DNA from: Candidatus Microgenomates bacterium
GTDB taxonomy: Bacteria; Patescibacteriota; Microgenomatia; UBA8517
Reading direction: 5' to 3'
Length of the DNA: 64,000 nucleotides
Assembly: GCA_049519355.1 (NCBI GenBank)
Contig: JBEKQV010000003.1
Span: 19,646 to 83,645, forward strand
Shown: positions 28,507-38,019 of the stretch, in pieces
Numbering within the stretch: position 1 is the first letter of the stretch
How the letters are laid out: the number at the start of each line of letters is the position of its first letter
Made by a program: the position numbers and the translations under genes
Notes under the pieces: model-generated
Database searches by the model: none
Told to the model about the DNA's origin: nothing
What the model saw: the letters and a program-made list of their open reading frames with translations, nothing else

Positions 28507-29637
28507 CTCTTCCAGAATTTTAATATACTTTGTGAGGATTTTTTCTTGGAGAAAGTCGGCCGCCCTAATTTTTGCCATGTTAGAGTAATGTTTGCGCTTC
28601 GTTCCGTCGCTTAGAAGTTTAACAATCGCTTCAGCTAGGGCGTTAGAGTTGCCGACGGGGACTAAGATACCGTATTTATTCTTGCCAATAATTTCAGAGG
28701 GCCCGTAATTGCAGTTTGAAGCAACTACCGGGATTCCTCCTGCCATTGCTTCCAAGATAGAAAGGGGAAGTCCTTCCCATTTTGTTGAAAGAACAAAAAC
28801 TTTTGAGCTGTCCAGTAGTTTTGTCGGATTTTGCACCCAACCGAAAAACTTAACTCTCTGGGATATACCGAGTTTTTCGGCTAGGGACTTTAACTGATTT
28901 TTTAAAGGACCATCCCCAACTAACCACAATTCCGAATTGGGTATTTTATTTGCAACAATTTTAAACGCCCTAAGAAGCGTCACGTGGTCTTTTTGCACAT
29001 CCAATCTGGCTGTTGAAATAACAATTTCTTTCCCGCGGGTTTCAACTGCCGTTCTCTTTTCAAAGTAGCGTGCAGGTAATATTTCTCCGATTGAGGTAGG
29101 GATTTTCCTCAATTTTAAGTCTCTGGAAAGGTCGCGCGACATTTTTTTTGCGACTGTCACAACAGCATCTGACTTATTCAGAAAAAGTGCCAAAGAATAT
29201 TTTACGGGTTTGCGTAAGTACTTACCCAGTCTGATGTTTATCACCTTTGTCAGGTTGTTGTGGATAACACTTATTGTTTTATATTTGAGATTGAACAGAG
29301 ACCTAACTGCTTCTGAAATTAGGATTGAATGCGGGTCTGAAGAAAGTACAATATCTGGCTTAAAATTTTGAACCGCTTTCTTGAACCACATTCCTTCTCT
29401 GATAAACATCTGTATATTTTTCCGGTTAAGACTGTATTTATCGGGAATTTCCCGTTTTTGTGAGAAAAACGAATATTCTCGGATATTGATAGTTCTAAAT
29501 AAGGGTTTTTCCAGAACAAGGACCTTCATAATTAGTTGACCCGGCTTAAACATTTTCTTTAGACCAAGGAGGCCTTCCGCATACGTTCCGGTTCCTCCGT
29601 CAACACTTCTTTGAAGAACTAATAGTTTTAACTTCAT
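28456..29637 (-). CDS. GT4 glycosyltransferase (GT-B)
   Basis: WEGLPLSILEAMAGGIPVVASNCNYGPSEII E-X7-E motif. Confidence 0.8.
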   Translation of the reverse strand: MKLKLLVLQRSVDGGTGTYAEGLLGLKKMFKPGQLIMKVLVLEKPLFRTINIREYSFFSQKREIPDKYSLNRKNIQMFIREGMWFKKAVQNFKPDIVLSSDPHSILISEAVRSLFNLKYKTISVIHNNLTKVINIRLGKYLRKPVKYSLALFLNKSDAVVTVAKKMSRDLSRDLKLRKIPTSIGEILPARYFEKRTAVETRGKEIVISTARLDVQKDHVTLLRAFKIVANKIPNSELWLVGDGPLKNQLKSLAEKLGISQRVKFFGWVQNPTKLLDSSKVFVLSTKWEGLPLSILEAMAGGIPVVASNCNYGPSEIIGKNKYGILVPVGNSNALAEAIVKLLSDGTKRKHYSNMAKIRAADFLQEKILTKYIKILEELFNIRYNRPDTFISEI

Positions 29638-30308
29638 TGACGGATTATATAATGTCCTTCCACTTCACTGTGTAAGTAACCGACCGGCTTGGGAATATTA
29701 AGTCTAATACTGTCGTTGCGGTATGCTTCACACAAAATATTTGCCCAGCCCTTGGTGAATTTCAGACAGTAATTCATTTCGCGGCTTACATCATCCGATT
29801 TGCCGACAGAAAAATAATAATTAATAAGCTCTGCATGAAACTCAGGGAATTCGGGATTATTATAGATGGCCTTGCTAAGTAGAGTAGGGGTTAACTCAGG
29901 GTGACCATTATTGTATGCGATTAAGGCTAAATTGTAATAAATTCGGCCCAGTCCCTGATCTTCGTTGTTTTTTAGATCACTGGCAGTAAGGCTCCCGAGA
30001 TAGTTTGTAAAAAGAATTTTAAGACTGTCATCGTTGGGAATTGTGAGGGCTTTGTCAAAATCTGCTGGAAGAAGATTACGGTATGGATCATATTCTCCAT
30101 ATATATTTATCCGCGATGCCAAAGACAACTCAGTCATTGCCTTTTCGAAGTTTCCGTTTTTGGCGTCGGATATTGTGTTTTCGATAAAATATTTATTTAA
30201 GAATATTGAGCTTTGTGAAGCGGGATCCGATAAATAATTGACGATTTCGGACACAAAAAAAAGGAGGGTAATACCCAGGATAATAAGGAATATTTTCATT
30301 TTAGTCAT
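29634..30308 (-). CDS. Hypothetical signal-anchored protein with helical (TPR-like) repeats
   Basis: N-terminal TM/signal MKIFLIILGITLLFFV. The rest is helical-repeat-like with no catalytic motif. Confidence 0.3.
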   Translation of the reverse strand: MTKMKIFLIILGITLLFFVSEIVNYLSDPASQSSIFLNKYFIENTISDAKNGNFEKAMTELSLASRINIYGEYDPYRNLLPADFDKALTIPNDDSLKILFTNYLGSLTASDLKNNEDQGLGRIYYNLALIAYNNGHPELTPTLLSKAIYNNPEFPEFHAELINYYFSVGKSDDVSREMNYCLKFTKGWANILCEAYRNDSIRLNIPKPVGYLHSEVEGHYIIRQ

Positions 30309-30333
30309 TCCAGCTATACTATACTTTAGTTAA

Positions 30334-31395
30334 ATGAGAATCCAATCGCGAATACATCCTTGGGACCACTTCTTTCTTGTCAGCACATTCATAATTTTAA
30401 TATTAATTGGAATCGGAATCGATACAAGTTTTATTTTGGTCCTGGTATTATTGAATGTTTTGGCTGCCCTTATTTATAAATATATAAATATTGGGAAAAT
30501 AGAAATTCCCAAAAACTACTTTCTTTACGTGATCTTTTTGTTGGTTTTGCTGGTTCATACTCGGCTTTTCCATGGCAATATCCTTTTTCTCCAGCTTTTG
30601 TCTATAGGCGGCTTATTGTGGCTTGAGGTTTATAATTTCAGAAGATTATTTGCGAAATATTTTGCTCCGATATTAATTACTCTGGGAATGCTGATGAGCG
30701 GAATATATATTTATTCTCTTAGATTTCCGGTAAATTTGCCCAATTTGTTGGCTTTATTCAAAGCGCCTCCAGATTTAGCCAGGCATGTTGTTATCGGTGA
30801 TCTCTGGGCCGTAATTTTGGTGGCAGTTTTTTATTTATTTTTTAGAAAGAAATCGTATTTTTACTTACCCCTTATTGGTTTGGGGCTGTACTTCCTGGCA
30901 ATTTCATATTCCCGCTCGGCGCTTCTTGCACTCGCTGTCGGGATTTTCTATATTTTTCAAAAGTCGGTAAACCGGAAAAAACTTAAGAATATAATTTTGG
31001 TTTTGTTTGTTATTATTACGGCTCTTTTTGTTTATTTCGCTACTGTAAAAAGTCTTTTGTTCTCACGCGTATACTTTTTTCAGGCAATAATCGGATTTTT
31101 CCGTTTTCCACTTGGAACGGGGATTGGTAACTTTACTTATTTGACCAACTTGGCGGATTTGGTGCATGATTTACCCCTCGAGGTATTTTCGGGGATGGGA
31201 ATTTTTTCGGTGGTTTTTCTGGTCTGGCTTTACAAGATTTTGAAGCAAATGTTAACGGTTAAGAAAATTAACGTAGAAGCGGTAGCTATATTTCTGGCGA
31301 TTTTAATTGATTTTTGTTTTTATACAACCTATACGATCCCTATATTTATCGGGATATGGTTCCTAAGTCTGGCGCTTACAGAAAATACCACCTAG
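30334..31395 (+). CDS. Second O-antigen ligase / Wzy-like polytopic membrane protein
   Basis: Multiple TM helices and ISYSRSALLALAVGIFY, similar to the Wzy_C motif in 26153..27676. Confidence 0.5.
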   Translation: MRIQSRIHPWDHFFLVSTFIILILIGIGIDTSFILVLVLLNVLAALIYKYINIGKIEIPKNYFLYVIFLLVLLVHTRLFHGNILFLQLLSIGGLLWLEVYNFRRLFAKYFAPILITLGMLMSGIYIYSLRFPVNLPNLLALFKAPPDLARHVVIGDLWAVILVAVFYLFFRKKSYFYLPLIGLGLYFLAISYSRSALLALAVGIFYIFQKSVNRKKLKNIILVLFVIITALFVYFATVKSLLFSRVYFFQAIIGFFRFPLGTGIGNFTYLTNLADLVHDLPLEVFSGMGIFSVVFLVWLYKILKQMLTVKKINVEAVAIFLAILIDFCFYTTYTIPIFIGIWFLSLALTENTT

Positions 31396-31404
31396 AGTGG
31401 GGGA

Positions 31405-31971
31405 CTAAGGATTAACTTTTAAAGGAATGATTTTTTCGGAGATTCCTTGCTCACCTTGGGTAGAAAGACCAAAAGTTATGTTAAAATCTCCGGCTTCTGT
31501 AGGAATACCCCCGATTGTACAAGTTACGTAAGAGTTTTTGGCTGCTATTTGTGAAATATCAGGGCTATTAAATACGGTTTGACATGAGGTTATTTGCAAA
31601 CCCTGAGGATATCCTGATATCAAACTGCCCGAAAGTTGTACATTGAGATTATAAATTGCACCAGATATTGTTGTCTCGTATTGTTGATTAACTGTTGCGG
31701 TTTGGAGTTGCGATGTGTACACAAAAGGGCCGTTATCACTAAGATTATTATTACTTTGAGGTACCGCGACCGGGGTTGGGTTATTTTGGCTCGTTGTGTT
31801 TTGATTTATAGCAGGTTTGCCGGTTCCGGTTCCTTTAATTTGGGTCAACAAGTAAAACGACACCAAAATCAGGACAATGACTAGAATGCCTAATAAAATA
31901 TATAGCCATTTTCTGTTGTTCCCGTTGCCGCTTTCTGTCGTATTCATTGGAGTGGGGTAGGTGTTTTCCAT
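31405..31971 (-). CDS. Hypothetical secreted/signal-anchored protein
   Basis: N-terminal Asn-rich segment then TM helix WLYILLGILVIVLILVSFYLL. Extracellular domain without recognisable motifs. Confidence 0.3.
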   Translation of the reverse strand: MENTYPTPMNTTESGNGNNRKWLYILLGILVIVLILVSFYLLTQIKGTGTGKPAINQNTTSQNNPTPVAVPQSNNNLSDNGPFVYTSQLQTATVNQQYETTISGAIYNLNVQLSGSLISGYPQGLQITSCQTVFNSPDISQIAAKNSYVTCTIGGIPTEAGDFNITFGLSTQGEQGISEKIIPLKVNP

Positions 31972-32056
31972 AACTTCCTACTAATAATATAGCACAACCA
32001 CATCTTTTTCTACCCAGCTTGCGCTACGTGCTTTAGGTTTGTATTATAAGAGTATA

Positions 32057-33439
32057 ATGTCTGGTGTTATGACCAAGGAGGAAGAGTCGGTTACTATCCA
32101 ACCAATCAGGAGGATGGACGCCTTCGGCTTTGTGCCTGATATAATTCTTGAGCTTCCGGCACCGGAGAAAAAGGTGTCTGCCGCTATTGATAAAGAAGCC
32201 GGTAAATTGTCCCGAGCCATCGATCCCAACCCTGTTTTAATGTATCTGGTTCTAGAATCTAACCCCACACTTAGGGGATTGATGGAATCCGTAGGGAAAG
32301 TAGACCGTCCTCCAGAGTTTCAAAATCTGGACTTAATGAGTCCCAAAGATCGTGCTCAAAATGCGGCCTTTGCTTTAGGAACAATACGTGCAGCGGTAAA
32401 CTCAACTGCAAACACGGATTTTAAAAAAGAGCTAGAAGCGGTTGATAAAGAAATAACAGCAGGAACCGGAGCCGTAGTTTCCGGAACGAATATTGAAACT
32501 CACAAAAAAGGATCGGGTTTTATGAATAGAGCTCTTCGTAAATTACCCATAAAAGTTTTGGGTTTGACTACCATTGCAGCTTTTCTGGCAGGATGTGCCG
32601 GAACCGCGGTAGCATCAAAGACCCATGAACCTGGAGGAACGAGTACACAAACTAGTGAAGTTTCATTAACCCCAACGGGTGTTGCGACAACTCCGGCCCC
32701 CAGTGAAACGCCAACTAATACATCTACTCCACCTTCTACGGAAACTTCAACTGCGACAGAAGTACCATTTGAACAACTGGTTTTGCAAACAAACCCGGAA
32801 AATTTTGCTAATTATACTGAAATTACACTCGACGATATTCAATCCGGCCGCGCAAGTTATTGGGAACATCAAGCTTATACAAAAGGCGAGCTTAAACAAT
32901 TTGGGCCAGATGTAAACTTCACGCCAATAATTTCATCCGAATATGACAATAGTGACTTGGGTGGGGGAAAATTTGATGAAGCAGTGCCAAACCCTGACGC
33001 TCTCAAGGGAACACCAGAACTTTTTACAATGATACCTGAAACATTTTATGTTATGAAAACTGACAAAGGTGATATGTGGGTTATGGGTATGGCTGTTTTA
33101 AACCAAGATAATTCCGTTTCTTTTATGCATCTCCTGTTCGATCCTAAAGTTTGGAATGGATCGGATGTAATGAAGCAGCAGTATTTAAATGTTGCTAAAG
33201 GCACGAGAATGGTAAGTATTTATTACCGCCCAACTAATTGCGATAAGGCTCCCTCAACATGGATAGCTTTTCATCCAATTTATGGTAGCTACGATCTTTC
33301 TAGGACTTGCCCTGTGTATCAGAGTCAAGATAATCATGAAAGTATAGATAATGCGCTTGACTCCTGGGCTTCATCAGGACAAGTATCCTCTGATATGGAA
33401 AAAGACCTCTTCATTGCGGGGTGGGCTTTTCAGCCATAA
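32057..33439 (+). CDS. Hypothetical Thr/Pro-linker protein with an internal lipoprotein-like signal (possible true start at 32522)
   Basis: The long ORF has an internal MNRALRKLPIKVLGLTTIAAFLAGC lipobox-like signal preceded by AAAGGA. Upstream 160 codons are open but lack convincing start context (TTG at 32039; ATG at 32057/32069). Confidence 0.35.
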   Translation: MSGVMTKEEESVTIQPIRRMDAFGFVPDIILELPAPEKKVSAAIDKEAGKLSRAIDPNPVLMYLVLESNPTLRGLMESVGKVDRPPEFQNLDLMSPKDRAQNAAFALGTIRAAVNSTANTDFKKELEAVDKEITAGTGAVVSGTNIETHKKGSGFMNRALRKLPIKVLGLTTIAAFLAGCAGTAVASKTHEPGGTSTQTSEVSLTPTGVATTPAPSETPTNTSTPPSTETSTATEVPFEQLVLQTNPENFANYTEITLDDIQSGRASYWEHQAYTKGELKQFGPDVNFTPIISSEYDNSDLGGGKFDEAVPNPDALKGTPELFTMIPETFYVMKTDKGDMWVMGMAVLNQDNSVSFMHLLFDPKVWNGSDVMKQQYLNVAKGTRMVSIYYRPTNCDKAPSTWIAFHPIYGSYDLSRTCPVYQSQDNHESIDNALDSWASSGQVSSDMEKDLFIAGWAFQP

Positions 33440-33472
33440 AAATTTGCTTCAAAAAGTGCTAATATTTAGCTG

Positions 33473-35665
33473 ATGACCACTGCCAAAAATATACTAAAAT
33501 CATTCAATCTGGTAAGATCTTCAGTAATTTTTCTGGTAGTTATTTGTTTATTTGTACTTTATAGCCTGAGCAGTTCATCTTTAGTTTATAGTTGCGGTCC
33601 TCTTCATTGCAGTCAAGGATCTCAATGCTCCAGCTGTTGCACCGGTAAAGCAAGCTGTACTTATGCTTGCAATACTAATACAGGAAATTGTTCCTGGAGT
33701 GTCGGTAACGCATGCACGAGTTGGTGTGCTTGTGGTGCGTGCAGTGGTGGTTATTGCGGGGAATTTTGCTGTGACGGTGTACATAACGCTGACTATCGAA
33801 TTCTGACATGTTGTGTACCGAAATGGGGTAATTGCAGTGTTTCTTGTGGCGGGGGAACGGAAAGCGATGGTTGCGGGCACTCCAGAGGGTGTAATCCTCA
33901 ACCATGTTGTACTGCTCCCTCCACCCCTACCGTGACTCAAGTTTCAACGAATAACTGGACGGTAACCTGGACAAAAGGAGCCTCGGGTAAAAACCAGGCG
34001 ATTTATATCGGAACGGATGAAACCGCTGTTTCAAAAAGTTGTCCTAATGGCACGGGAGAGGGGACGGGTTGTGTAGTCAAGAACGAAAGTTTGGATCCAA
34101 ACGCCCAGAGTTACAGTGTAACCGGTTTAGCGGCGGGGACATTTTACTATTTTATGTTGAAAGAGTCCTGTGGCAGTGCCTCCGCAGTTACCTCTTTGCT
34201 TACCTCTTGTGATTTATCTCCAAGTAGTTTGACGCTTAATTTTGGACAAACAGCTACAGTTTATACAAACGTTGTTTCCTCTCCAAACATTACAGAGGTT
34301 GACTATTCCGTTTCTACAGTAAAGCAGACGGTAGATCCGAATTGTGGTCAGTATTCAGATGCCCACAGTTGTTCGCAAAACACTCACTGTAATTGGGTAA
34401 CAACAGGTGGATCATGTTCAGGACCTCAGAATTGTACGAACTACATGGATTCAACTTCATGCCAGAATCCGCCCGCAATTTGTTCGGGTACAACCGGGAC
34501 GTGCATCGGCGGGGGAACGTGCAGTTCCCAGCGGACTTCGGTTTCCTGCACTAGTGTTAAAGGTTGTAATTGGGAAATAATGGACTGTGGTGTTTATCGG
34601 GGAAGTCAGGCAACATGTATTCAACATCAATCATGTCAATGGTTAGCCAATTATTGTCAATGGCACGCCACAAGTGATTGTGAGGGAAACCCATATTCGG
34701 TTCAGGTACCTGGTGCTGTCAGTGTTAGTCCGACTGCCGACCGATCATATGCTTATCAAACCACAGCAACAGGGGTAAGAGTCGATCCTAGCGGTTCAAA
34801 CACAATCACGAGCTATGTTTATAACGGGGTTACTCCTATTTGTTCCAGTGTTATACACGTAAGCGTTTTACCGCCCAACGCTTGGTGGCAAGTCAAAGAC
34901 GGAGACGTAATAACAAACGGAGATCTAAAAGCTAGCCTTCCTGATTATGGGAATCCATTATTTGATGTTGCCGGCGGAGGAGGCTTTCCGGGGGTTCCAA
35001 GTTATGGTGGTTCGACAGATTTGACTGCTGCAAATGTATCTTCAAAAAGTTGGTTAGTAAATTCAGATTATTCTTCGACCAAACTTTATAATTCGACTTT
35101 CTTTTTGAACGCTATTCCCCCCGACGTAAAAATAAATAATCTTGGTTCAACGTTCGATCAAATAGCATTTAATAATGCAACCGCTGATTCGGACGGCTAT
35201 GTTTGGTTTGAGTACGACGGTTCTCAAAACGGGGGGCTCGACTTGACTATACCTTCGAATTTGGATTTCGGAAGCAATAAAGTGGTTTTGCTTGTGAAAA
35301 ACGCAGATCTTGATATTAGCGGAGATATTAATTATACCGACGGGCAGGGATTTTTCCTTGGAGTTACGACGGGAAATATCGTTGTTGATCCTTCTGTCGG
35401 GGGTGGGGGAGCACCCAACCTCGAGGGGGTTTATGTTGCTGATGGGGAGTTTGTCACGGGAACAACAGGCGCCCAGGACGATTCTCAACTTTGGATTCGA
35501 GGTAGTGTCGCCGCATATGGGGGTTTCAATTTGGAAAGAGACCTTGGCCCTGATCTTAACGGAACGACTCCATCCGAACTTTTTGAATATGCTCCCGAGG
35601 TGGACTTGATGTTTCCAGCCAAACTCGGGGGATACATTATTAACTGGAGAGAAGCGGCTCCATAG
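33473..35665 (+). CDS. Secreted Cys-rich surface protein with TSP1-like repeat, FN3-like domain and Cys-rich modules
   Basis: Signal-anchor, then a Cys-dense region including KWGNCSVSCGGGTESDGCG (W-x2-CS-x-SCGGG, as in thrombospondin type-1 repeats). An FN3-like segment follows (WTVTWTKG...YSVTGLAAGTFYYF), then further CxxxC-rich repeats. Confidence 0.5.
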   Translation: MTTAKNILKSFNLVRSSVIFLVVICLFVLYSLSSSSLVYSCGPLHCSQGSQCSSCCTGKASCTYACNTNTGNCSWSVGNACTSWCACGACSGGYCGEFCCDGVHNADYRILTCCVPKWGNCSVSCGGGTESDGCGHSRGCNPQPCCTAPSTPTVTQVSTNNWTVTWTKGASGKNQAIYIGTDETAVSKSCPNGTGEGTGCVVKNESLDPNAQSYSVTGLAAGTFYYFMLKESCGSASAVTSLLTSCDLSPSSLTLNFGQTATVYTNVVSSPNITEVDYSVSTVKQTVDPNCGQYSDAHSCSQNTHCNWVTTGGSCSGPQNCTNYMDSTSCQNPPAICSGTTGTCIGGGTCSSQRTSVSCTSVKGCNWEIMDCGVYRGSQATCIQHQSCQWLANYCQWHATSDCEGNPYSVQVPGAVSVSPTADRSYAYQTTATGVRVDPSGSNTITSYVYNGVTPICSSVIHVSVLPPNAWWQVKDGDVITNGDLKASLPDYGNPLFDVAGGGGFPGVPSYGGSTDLTAANVSSKSWLVNSDYSSTKLYNSTFFLNAIPPDVKINNLGSTFDQIAFNNATADSDGYVWFEYDGSQNGGLDLTIPSNLDFGSNKVVLLVKNADLDISGDINYTDGQGFFLGVTTGNIVVDPSVGGGGAPNLEGVYVADGEFVTGTTGAQDDSQLWIRGSVAAYGGFNLERDLGPDLNGTTPSELFEYAPEVDLMFPAKLGGYIINWREAAP

Positions 35666-36455
35666 AATCAAGAAATTTTGCTAAAACTTTAACTTCATTG
35701 TTATTCAATTGGGAGAAGGATTTATTTAGAATTTCATCCGGTAGGCCAATGGCCCTTACTTTTCTCCGTGCCTCATTTTTGGTAATATTTTTGTCGAAAA
35801 CTTTCATCAAAACATTTTTAATCATGCCGCCGTACTTTTGGGATAGAATTAATTTTTGATTTACGGAGATTTGGGCTTTTGGCGAGAATTTCAAGATAAT
35901 TGAATCAGTTCCGGGTACAGGCCAAAAAGCTTCTTTGGTAACTTCGGCAATTTTGGATATATTAAAAAAAGCGTTGCAGACGAAGGACAATTCACTATAA
36001 TTAGGATCTTCAGGGTTTTTTAGTTGAGATTGAATTCCAAATTTCTTTCCGACCATTAGAATCATTTTAATTTTCGGAAAGCGTACGATTTTATTAATGA
36101 ACGGCTCCGTGATGTGGTAGGGGAGATTGGATACAATCCAGACGTTTTTACCGGATTCCTTTTTGATAACTCCGTCGAGAATTCCCGATAACGCATCGCC
36201 GAAAAGGACCTCGACATTATTATGCTTTTTAGCCAGTTCTTCCAGAGGTTTTTCAAACCTTTTATCAATTTCTGTTGCTATTACCTTTTTGGCATTTTGC
36301 GATAAAACTTCGGTTAAACGCCCCGTTCCTGCACCGATTTCAATAACTGTCGAATCCTTTTCAACAGTCCGAGACAAGATATTTAGGACTGAGTTATCGC
36401 TAATAAAATGCTGGCCCAAAAGCGGGTTCGGTTTGAAATTTTTGTCAGTTTTCAT
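35640..36455 (-). CDS. ksgA: 16S rRNA (adenine1518/1519-N6)-dimethyltransferase KsgA/RsmA
   Basis: LLGQHFISD, SAM motif VIEIGAGTGRLT and the NLPY motif (VSNLPYHITEP). The ORF-track N-terminal 165-aa extension is rejected; the start is the internal ATG at 36455 (MKTDKNFKPNPLLGQHF). Confidence 0.85.
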   Translation of the reverse strand: MKTDKNFKPNPLLGQHFISDNSVLNILSRTVEKDSTVIEIGAGTGRLTEVLSQNAKKVIATEIDKRFEKPLEELAKKHNNVEVLFGDALSGILDGVIKKESGKNVWIVSNLPYHITEPFINKIVRFPKIKMILMVGKKFGIQSQLKNPEDPNYSELSFVCNAFFNISKIAEVTKEAFWPVPGTDSIILKFSPKAQISVNQKLILSQKYGGMIKNVLMKVFDKNITKNEARRKVRAIGLPDEILNKSFSQLNNNEVKVLAKFLDSMEPLLSS

Positions 36456-36489
36456 TCCACCAGTATAGTCTATTTTGCAGCCAAAATTC

Positions 36490-36498
36490 TGATATAAT
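36490..36498 (+). promoter_or_regulatory. Extended -10 promoter element (TGaTATAAT) 8 nt upstream of the yebC ATG; possible leaderless transcript
   Basis: tgatataat at 36490..36498, ATG at 36507, and no SD sequence in between. Confidence 0.35.
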
Positions 36499-36506
36499 AC
36501 AAATCG

Positions 36507-37247
36507 ATGAGCGGACATTCTCACTACGCCACAATCAAAAGACAGAAGGCTACTAATGATGCGGCCAAAGGAAATCTTTTTTCCAAAATGGCCAGGGCAA
36601 TCATGATTGCCGCCAAGGGCGGACCGGATCCCGATATGAACTTCAGGCTCCGCTTTGAAATAGATAAAGCGAGGGCTATAAGCATGCCCAAAGAAAATAT
36701 CGAAAGAGCAATTGCTAAAGCAACTACCGAGGCAGCAAACCTTGAGGAAATTACCTATGAAGGTTTCGGACCGGGTGGAATATCCGTAATGGTAGAGGTA
36801 ATGAGTGATAATAAAAATAGAACCGCCCAGGAAATAAAAAATGTTTTTGAGCGGGGTGGGGGTACACTTGCCGGACCTAATGCTGTTGCATTTAACTTTG
36901 AGAGTAGGGGCTTTATGCTTGTCAAAAAGGCCGCCGATGCCGATGCACAAATGCTTTCATTGATCGATTCGGGGGCAGACGATATTCAAGAGTCGGACGG
37001 GGAGCTTGAGGTCTATGTTGCTCCAGGTATGTTGGCTCAAATTCACAAGAAAATTACGGAAAGCGGTTTTGAAGTTACAAGCGCCGAACTAATCATGAAA
37101 CCCAAGATTTTTCAGGAGATTACCGACCCGGCAACTGCAGGAAAGGCTATCAAATTTATTGAGGAGATTGAAAGTCACGATGATGTTCAGAACGTTTTTA
37201 CAAATTTAGATATTCCGGATAGTGTGATGCAAAAAATTCCTGCTTAA
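36507..37247 (+). CDS. yebC: YebC/PmpR-family transcriptional regulator
   Basis: MSGHSHYATIKRQKATNDAAKGNLFSKMARAIMIAAKGGPDPDMNFRLRFEIDKAR is the highly conserved YebC/TACO1 N-terminus. Confidence 0.9.
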   Translation: MSGHSHYATIKRQKATNDAAKGNLFSKMARAIMIAAKGGPDPDMNFRLRFEIDKARAISMPKENIERAIAKATTEAANLEEITYEGFGPGGISVMVEVMSDNKNRTAQEIKNVFERGGGTLAGPNAVAFNFESRGFMLVKKAADADAQMLSLIDSGADDIQESDGELEVYVAPGMLAQIHKKITESGFEVTSAELIMKPKIFQEITDPATAGKAIKFIEEIESHDDVQNVFTNLDIPDSVMQKIPA

Positions 37248-37248
37248 A

Positions 37249-38019
37249 ATGACCAAACGCCGCCGTTTCGTTATAATTTCAATACTCCTTTCGCTAGGTT
37301 TTATAGGTATTCAGTTTTTAACCGATCAGAACAGATTCTGGGCAATTGGGGGATTAGGAATTGTAACGGCAATTCTTTTTTATTGGGCGCTTTTTGAAAC
37401 AATCGGAAAGAACATGACTGTCTTGACTTTGGTTCTTCCCGTAATTTTTACATTGGGTGTAGGAGTTTTCTGGTTTCTTCTCCCCGCCAATATTTTTGCC
37501 CGGATCCCGGTCGTCATTTTTTATGCCATCGGAATTTATATTTTATGTCTGACTGCAAATATTTATTCCGTTGCATCAGTTCGGACGATTGCTCTTCTTA
37601 GGGCGGCTAGGGGAGTTGGTTTTGTACTCACACTACTCACTTCTTTTCTTGTTTACGACGCGTTGTTGTCACTAAGAACGGAGATTTATATTCTCATTCC
37701 TTTGGTTCTTGCTATCTCCTTTCCTTTATATCTTCAGGGTTTCTGGACTACTTTACTTGAACCTAATTTATCGAGGGATTTGCTGGTTCTTTCCGGATGC
37801 GCATCCTTAATTACTGCTGAAGCCGTGGCGACTTTATATTTTTGGCCGGTAACAGTAACAGTGGGTTCGCTTTTTCTGACGGTCAGTTTCTATATGCTTT
37901 TGGGCCTCGGGCAGGCAAAAATTGACGGCAGGCTTTTTGCCTCAACGGTTAGGGAACACCTTACTGTGGGAGGCCTGGTTTTTATTGCCATGTTCGTGGC
38001 TACTCACTGGGGCGTTTAG
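37249..38019 (+). CDS. Hypothetical polytopic membrane protein
   Basis: About 7 predicted TM helices, no motifs. Start-stop coupled to yebC. Confidence 0.4.
   Translation: MTKRRRFVIISILLSLGFIGIQFLTDQNRFWAIGGLGIVTAILFYWALFETIGKNMTVLTLVLPVIFTLGVGVFWFLLPANIFARIPVVIFYAIGIYILCLTANIYSVASVRTIALLRAARGVGFVLTLLTSFLVYDALLSLRTEIYILIPLVLAISFPLYLQGFWTTLLEPNLSRDLLVLSGCASLITAEAVATLYFWPVTVTVGSLFLTVSFYMLLGLGQAKIDGRLFASTVREHLTVGGLVFIAMFVATHWGV

Noticed and set aside
33581-33940. Minus-strand ORFs antisense to the Cys-rich surface protein (33581..33940, 33675..33905, 35147..35671; also 35310..35609 +)
   Set aside because: They overlap a longer ORF with coherent domain structure. Their composition (His/Arg/Thr-rich) is typical of antisense frames of Cys/Gly-rich genes.
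35640-36950. 436-aa ORF-track version of ksgA with a 165-aa Cys-rich N-terminal extension
   Set aside because: The KsgA homology starts exactly at an internal ATG (36455). The extension has no motifs and would leave no promoter region before the divergent yebC, so it is treated as spurious upstream read-through of the frame.
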